Assembly: GCF_009914755.1 (NCBI RefSeq)
Contig: NC_060929.1
Strand: one strand, 5' to 3'
Source of the DNA: the human T2T-CHM13v2.0 reference genome, Homo sapiens
DNA: 64,000 nucleotides
Under the pieces are notes generated by a model, which was not told where the DNA came from, made no database searches, and was given only the letters and a program-made list of their open reading frames with translations. A program made the position numbers and the translations under genes. Below are positions 57,011 to 64,000 of the stretch, in pieces (the stretch's first letter is position 1; the number at the start of each line of letters is the position of its first letter).

Positions 57011-57619
57011 TTATAGGGAACATTAAACACTGATATAAGAAAAGCACAGGTCCAAGGAAACTGTGCCCTTTTCCCCACATATTGCTTTATTCAAGCCCAG
57101 GCTGGGTTAAACGTTCAGGAATAAGGAAGGCTATATTCTGCCTAGAGAGAGACCACCTAGGATGGAGGATCATGGAAAGAAACTGGAGACAAAAAAGGAG
57201 GAATTCTAGACCCATCTGTCCCCCGGACCTGCTGAGCGACCTCAGGCCAGTCTCTTAGCCTCTCTCTGCTACAGCACAGAAGGCTTCAGAAAGCCCCCAC
57301 CCCTGGGGCTGGGGGAAGAAACCCACGGTCTGAAGAATGTAGAGGCCAAGCTAAGGTCAGTCACGGCTGACGCCCTTTCAGGAAGGCCCCACTCCTTGAC
57401 CCATGACGGCAGAGACTGGTGACACCTGCCAGCCCCACCCTGGAGAAGGAAGGGCCTCAACCACAGTCACGGCTATGAGCTGGAATGTTTCCAAGAGAGG
57501 CCCCTGCGGAAGGAGCCAGGCACTGGCTGCTGGAGTGAGCATCAGTTGTAGATACAGGGTGTGCAGGTCTGGACCTGACCACACCCCAGCATCACAGAGG
57601 CCACTTGCTCCCAGTCCAA

Positions 57620-58075
57620 AGAGGCCTTCTATCACCTCCTAGCACACTCCAATTCTTCTGAACCGTGCAGGCTTTGTGCTCGCTTCTCCCCTGGGCTGGC
57701 CCTTTCTCCTCATTCTGGCCACATTGTAAGTCATCTCCTTAGGGACCTCCTTTAACCACCCCACCTAAATTGCCTCTCTCATTCCTGGTCTCTCTTCAGT
57801 CACTCTCTACTTCTCCGCCTGATTTTATTGACCTCCCAGCACTCACCCCACCCTGAACCATCTCATCTTCTTCTGTGTTTACTGCCTGACTCTCCTTTAT
57901 ACCCTCAGTTGTGAGTCAATGACCCGGTCTCTCTTAGTTAGGTTTATCCCCAAGTCTTAGCACAGAGCCTAGTACAGAGTGGGCCACAGGGGTTGAGTGA
58001 ATGTTTGTTAAGTGAATGAGTGAGCTATGAATAAGTAAGTGGATGGATGGATGGATGGACGGATGGATGGATGAG
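57620..58075 (+). mobile_element. L2 3' fragment with (GGAT)n tail
   Basis: tagcacagagcctagtacagagtgg...tgtttgttaagtgaatga, then tggatggatgg. Confidence 0.6.
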
Positions 58076-58334
58076 TGGGCCAAACTCTCTGAACCTAAGT
58101 GGGAACAGGCCTCTGTGTGTGGTACCAGGCCAATAGGCTATGGGTTTTCTCATGTGCATCTCGACAGCTGGGTCTTGTGCTGAGACCTTGGAGCCCCTCC
58201 ATGGGCTCTGGAGGGTCCAATTTTTGGCTGTACCCTCAGTTGCCAGCACAGGGCCAGAGTCGATGTCCAGAAACTGGGCATGCCTATGTCCAGTGAATGG
58301 ACAGGGTCAAATTCCTGTAGCAGGAGCCATTGGG

Positions 58335-58560
58335 AAGTAGTTAAGAGCATGGCTCGGGAGTCAGGAGTTGATGACCTGGGTTCAAATCTCAGCTGTGACA
58401 CTTTCTCACTCAGTAGACAGAGCACTTTTCTTACCCTCTCTGGGCCCCAATTTCCTTAGTACCAAACAGACTATATCGGTAGCTACCCCATGGGGATATT
58501 GTGAAGAGGGAGTGAGACAATGCATAGAAAGTGCTGGCACTCCATAAGGACTCAACACTA
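58335..58560 (+). mobile_element. MIR
   Basis: gtagttaagagcatggctcgggagtcag...gacctgggttcaaatctcagct. Confidence 0.7.
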
Positions 58561-59174
58561 ACATCAGAGCCCATGGCTCCAGCACCTGCTGAGGGTGCTG
58601 GCCCACCACAGCGGGCACCTGGTAGGTGCTTGTTAAGTGAGCAATGAACTCACATGAAAAGCGATGCCACCTTCAACCTCCCTCTCAGGCCATCCAGTGT
58701 CTTCTTCAGTTGAGACCCCTCCAACACCTCCCTTTACTGCTCCTGCATTGCCACCCTACGCTGAGCTATAGCTACATCCCGTCCTGGTGTGCTGGAGAGA
58801 AGGGTGGGACCACTTTGATTTGGTTTTCTTGGTCAGATAGTTCATTTGGCAAGCATGGTCCTGTTGCCTACTCCGTGAGCAGTGTGAAGCTGAAATAAGG
58901 AACAGAATCCCAAAACATCAGGGATCATCATAGACTCTCCCAGTTGGGAGGAGACATTCAGGCTTTTCTCCTTCAAGAACGGGGAAACTGAGGCCTCCCT
59001 TGGGAAGCAGACTTGCAAGTTGATGGCAGAACTGGGACTCACTCCTTGATGCTTTGGCTTCCAGAGCTGCAGCCCTAAAGGGAGTGCTGCCCTCAGAAAG
59101 GAATCCTTTTTGTGTCCGGAGAAAAAGTCAGGTCATACTTGGAGAGTTTTAATTTGTTTAAAAGGGCTATGACT

Positions 59175-59476
59175 GGCCGGGCATGCTGGCTCACGCCTGT
59201 AATCCCAGCACTTTGGGAGGCCGAGGTGGGCGGATCACGAGGTCAAGAGATCGAGACCATCCTGGCCAACCTGGTGAAATTCCGTCTCTACTAAAACTAC
59301 AAAACACAAACACACACACACACACATTAGCTGCATGCGCCTGTAGTCCCAGCTACTTGGGAGGCTGAGGCAGGAGAATCACTTGAACCCAGGAGGCGGA
59401 GGTTCAGTGAGCTGAGATTGCGCCACTGCACTCCATCTTGGTGACAGAGCAAGACTCTGTCTCAAAAAAAAAAAAA
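59175..59476 (+). mobile_element. AluSc-like with (CA)n in the middle linker
   Basis: ggtcaagagatcgagaccatcctggccaac is Sc-diagnostic. Confidence 0.88.
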
Positions 59477-59839
59477 TGCTACAACCACCTCCCAGACAAT
59501 CTTAAAAATGAAAACAAACAGAAACAAAAGCAAAAAGTCTCTGATTGGCATAAACAACAAAGAAGTGGTAAGCTGGGGACTGGCCGAGTCTGGTGTCCCC
59601 TCTCCTTCAGTTCCACCCTGCTGGGGTGCCGCCAGCACTGACCCCGACCGGAATCCCTCACCCCACAAGGCAGCAGTGGTTGTGGCATTGCAGCTACACA
59701 TCTACACACCGTCTCTTCCAGGCTTTCCTAGAAGTCTCCAGTCAGCCTCCCTTGCATCTCCGTTGCCTAAATTGGGTCTCATGCCCATTCCTAAGTCAGC
59801 CCTTGTGGTTCTTATTGGCAAGGACTGGGTTAACATATT

Positions 59840-60705
<866 letters not shown>

Positions 60706-60707
60706 AA

Positions 60708-60880
60708 CAGAGGTGTTTAATCTTGGCTGCGCAGTGGAATCACCTGGAGAGCTTTTAGAAAATACAGATGCCCGGGGCCCACCCACAGAGGTTCTGATGT
60801 CATCAGTCAGGGATAGGGCCTGGGAATCAGGATTTTTAAAAGACACAGGAGAGTCTATGTGCAGATGAGGTTGAGAGGCG
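60708..60880. mobile_element. MER5B-like
   Basis: cttggctgc.ca.tggaatcacctgg.gagctttta.aaaatac.gatgccc.ggccc.accc.cagag.ttctgat. Confidence 0.75.
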
Positions 60881-60889
60881 TGGGTCTGT

Positions 60890-61445
60890 GTGCCGAGGAC
60901 TCCCAAATCCTTATCTCTGACTCTCGACTCGTGACTCTCCCTTGATGTCCATATTTTGATGTCGGCTTCCAACTTAGGGTCTCCATTTGGATGTCAAATC
61001 ATCATCATAATCGTCTCCAACTTAACTGAACCTCAATCTGATTTCTGACTCCTCCCCAAGCCTGCTCTTCCTGTGGTGTCCTCTGTCCAGTTCCTCAGGC
61101 TAAAACCTTAGTGTTATCCTCGGTACCTCTGTTGCTTTAACACCTGACATCTGGTTCTTTAGAAGACCATGCTCACCCTACCTTCAAACATACCCAGAAA
61201 GCACGGCTGCTCACACATCCACTGCCGCTACCCAAACCGAGGTCCTCCTGACCTCCAGGTCTTCTGCCCCTGCCTCCAGCGGCACTTCCCAAGCCTGGCT
61301 TCTGTGGATTCATGGGGGAGCTTTCAAAACTGTGGATGCTTGAGTCCTCAGAGTCTGATAGAACCGGTGGGGTGCAGTGGGGCACTGAGAATTTTACAAG
61401 CTCACCAAGTGGTTCCATCGTACAGCCAGAGTTGAGAAACTCTGA
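60890..61445. mobile_element. L2 fragment (+) followed by a MER5-family piece
   Basis: ctccatttggatgtc...ccagtt.ctcaggc.aaaacct.gt.atcct; then cagccagagttgagaaa. Confidence 0.55.
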
Positions 61446-61836
61446 TAAGGATGGGATTTAAATCGAAGGATCTGGCAGTGACGGCCTGGGGAGAGAATAC
61501 AGCTACAGAAGCAAAGAGGTCAGAGACTGAGCACTGCCAGACTCTGCGACCTGCAGAGTCAGGGAATGAGGAGGAACCAGGAAGAGGCAACAAGGAGACA
61601 GACCCAATCACTGCTGCAGGGGTGGGAAGGACCCTTGACTAACCGAAGGCGCTGCTTGAGCTAAGGTGGAAAAATCAGCTTCCCCAGGGCCCAGGGCAGC
61701 ATGGAGGAAGAGAGAATGGATACCTGGATCAGCTTCTCCTGGGGAAAGGGAAGGAACAGGAGGGATGTTGGGTGGCCAAAAAATATATACTAAGCCAATA
61801 AAGATGATGATGGTAATGAAAATAAAAATAATGCTG

Positions 61837-61998
61837 AGAGAGAGGGAGGGAGAGGGAGACAGGGAGACAGGGGGACAGGGGGACAGGGGGACAGGGGGAT
61901 AGGGGGACAGGGGGAGAGGGGGAGAGGGGGAGGAGGAGGAGGAAGGGGAGGAGGAGGAGGAGGGGGAGGGAGAAGGGGAGAGGGAGAGGGAGAGGGAG
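61837..61998. repeat. Polypurine G-rich tract: (GGGGGACA)n, (GGA)n, (GAGAGG)n
   Basis: Directly visible. Abuts an antisense MLT1A-like fragment (about 61999-62090). Confidence 0.92.
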
Positions 61999-62365
61999 AT
62001 CTTCCTCTTCTTATAAAGCCACAACTTGTACTGCATTAAAGCCCCACCCTTATGACCTTATTTAACCTCAGTGACCTCCTAAAAGCCCTAACTTTTGACC
62101 ACACCTAACTGCAAGGGAGCCTAGAAGATGCAATTCAGCTGCGTGCTCAGGCAGACAAGGAGAGCATGGCCATTGCTGAAAGCAGTGCAAGAAGCAGGTG
62201 GGAGGGTACCCCAGATAGATGGATCATTGTGTGCCAAAGTCTGGAGGAATACTAACAAGGTGAACCGGGGCACCGCCACATGCTCAGCTGTCTGGCCCTG
62301 GGTGTAGGAGTGGGGAATGGTGGGAGGGAAGTGACTATGTTGGGCAACAAGATTCCCTGGCCCTT

Positions 62366-62560
62366 AATTAGCCAGGTGTGGTGCCCCGTGCCTGTGGTCC
62401 CAACTACTCAGGAAGCTGAGGTGAGAGGATGGCTTGAGCCCAGGAGGTCAAGGATGCAGTGAGCTGTGATTGCACCACTCCACTGCAACAGAGCTTGCTC
62501 CATTGGGCAACAGAGCAAGACCGTGTCTCAAAAAAAATAAAAAAAATTAAAAAAAGGAAA
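62366..62560 (+). mobile_element. Alu right monomer (FRAM or truncated AluJ)
   Basis: attagccaggtgtggtg...ggatggcttgagcccaggagg. TSD attccctggc(c/t)cttaa. Confidence 0.8.
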
Positions 62561-62699
62561 AATTCCCTGGCTCTTAAAGAGGGTCACGGGCAGAACTCAT
62601 GCTCAAGACCATCACTCAGGGGTAGCTTGGCTCACAGTTTCTTCCAACTTAGACAATTGAGTATTTCTTTGAACATATGATTTCAAAGGATTCTTTAAA

Positions 62700-63205
62700 A
62701 CACTTTAACCATTCATTTATTAGTAGGGAACATACTCATATTGTTCCACATTTGAAAAGTGAAACGAGTCAATCATGACAAACCTCCCTTCCACCCTGTC
62801 TCTCAGGCACACACTCCTCCTCCTCCCTCAAGGCAGCCAATGCTTTCAGTTTCATGCGTCATCTTGCAGTGATGTTTTATGCAAATATAAATTTTATATA
62901 TAATACATTCTTCCTTTTGTCCAGTTTTGCACTAATTGTAGCATGCTCAACATAGTATCCTGATCCGTATTTTTCTCTGAGATTTTTTTCATGGTGATAT
63001 GTAAAGAGCCTTCTTGATGACAACGTAGAACTCCACTCTATGATTGTACCACCAGGATAGTCCCCTACTGATGGACAGTTAGGTTATTTCTAATTTATAA
63101 ATAATCTTGTAATTAAGTTTGCATATATCACTTCATGCAGGGGTAGATCTATTTGCAGGATAAACTCATAGGAATAGAACTTCTGGGTGAAAGGGTTATA
63201 CTATT
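62700..63205 (-). mobile_element. L1ME fragment
   Basis: cccctactgatggaca.ttaggttatttc...ggataaa.tc.tagga..tagaa.tt.ctggg..aaaggg. Confidence 0.6.
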
Positions 63206-63581
63206 CTAGCATAACTGGCTGTGAACCGCTGGGCCACTCCACATGTCCTTCTGTCTGAGTCCCTCCCTAGTCCCACCCAATGATGCAGACCTGGGCGACA
63301 GTTCTGAGAGGTGCTGAGCCCAGCCATGTGGCCCCTGGCATGGTTCCATGCCCCTTGGAAGATGGCAGTGCCCAGAGTGTTCTCCTCAGATTCTTGGCTG
63401 GAGACGTCTCAGGGAGGCCATCCTGTGACCCCCATGCCCGTGGTCCCACATCAAGGATCATTGTTTCACTGCCACTCTTCAACCACCAGCCCAGCCCCAT
63501 TCCTACCCCCTCCTCCAGCTCTATGACTTCACCCCTCACTCCCAGAACAGAGGCAAAGCCCAACGAAGGCCAAGGCAGCAC

Positions 63582-64000
63582 TGTGATAGCCAGAACAATG
63601 GCCCCTCCAAAGCCATCCATGTCCCAATCCACACAATCTGTGACTATGTTGCCTTACATAGCAAAAGAGACTTTAAGATATGAAGTCAAGGATCTCATGA
63701 TGGAGAGATTATTCTGCATTATTTGGCTGAGCCCAGGGTAATCGCTAGGGTCCTTAAAAAATGGAGACGGGAGGCCGAAAGTGAGTCAGAGAGAGTCTGG
63801 AAGATGTTATGCTGCTGGCTTTGGAGTGGAGGGAAGGGTCGTGAACCAGGGTATATAGGTGGCTTCTAGAAACTGGGAAAAACAAAGCTATGGCTTCTCC
63901 CCTAAAGCCTCCAGGAGGAATGCAATCCTGCTGACACACTGGTTTTAGCCCAGTGAGACCTATTTTGGACTTCTGACCTTCAGAACTGGAAGGTAATAAA
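63582..64000 (+). mobile_element. MLT1D-like MaLR LTR, runs off the window
   Basis: cagaacaatggccc...gctgctggctttgga...gcttctagaa.ctgg.aaa...ttttagcccagtgagacc.attttggacttctgacct.cagaact. Confidence 0.85.

Overview
Primate, most likely human, non-coding genomic DNA. An AluYd8-type element supports human. I find no protein-coding gene, processed pseudogene, tRNA or rRNA. The ORF track is explained by Alu/LTR/L1/L2 translations, microsatellites and chance ORFs. By eye, about half the window is interspersed repeat: about 20 Alus, two divergent LTR12F LTRs, MaLR LTRs (MLT1), MER21, a 5'-truncated L1PA15-16-like element, old L1M pieces, many MIR/L2 fragments and hAT DNA transposon fossils. Between the repeats lie unique, motif-dense blocks that look like distal enhancers. 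The most unusual directly visible structures are: a multi-template insertion scar at 2981-3218; a spacer-less 50-bp palindrome at 11328-11377; a perfect 93-bp tandem duplication beside the young AluYd8 at 56047-56551; and two head-to-head LTR12F copies sharing the same 7-nt flank. I did not find a new multi-gene system. Repeat subfamily names come from recalled consensus motifs, and boundaries of old repeats are approximate.
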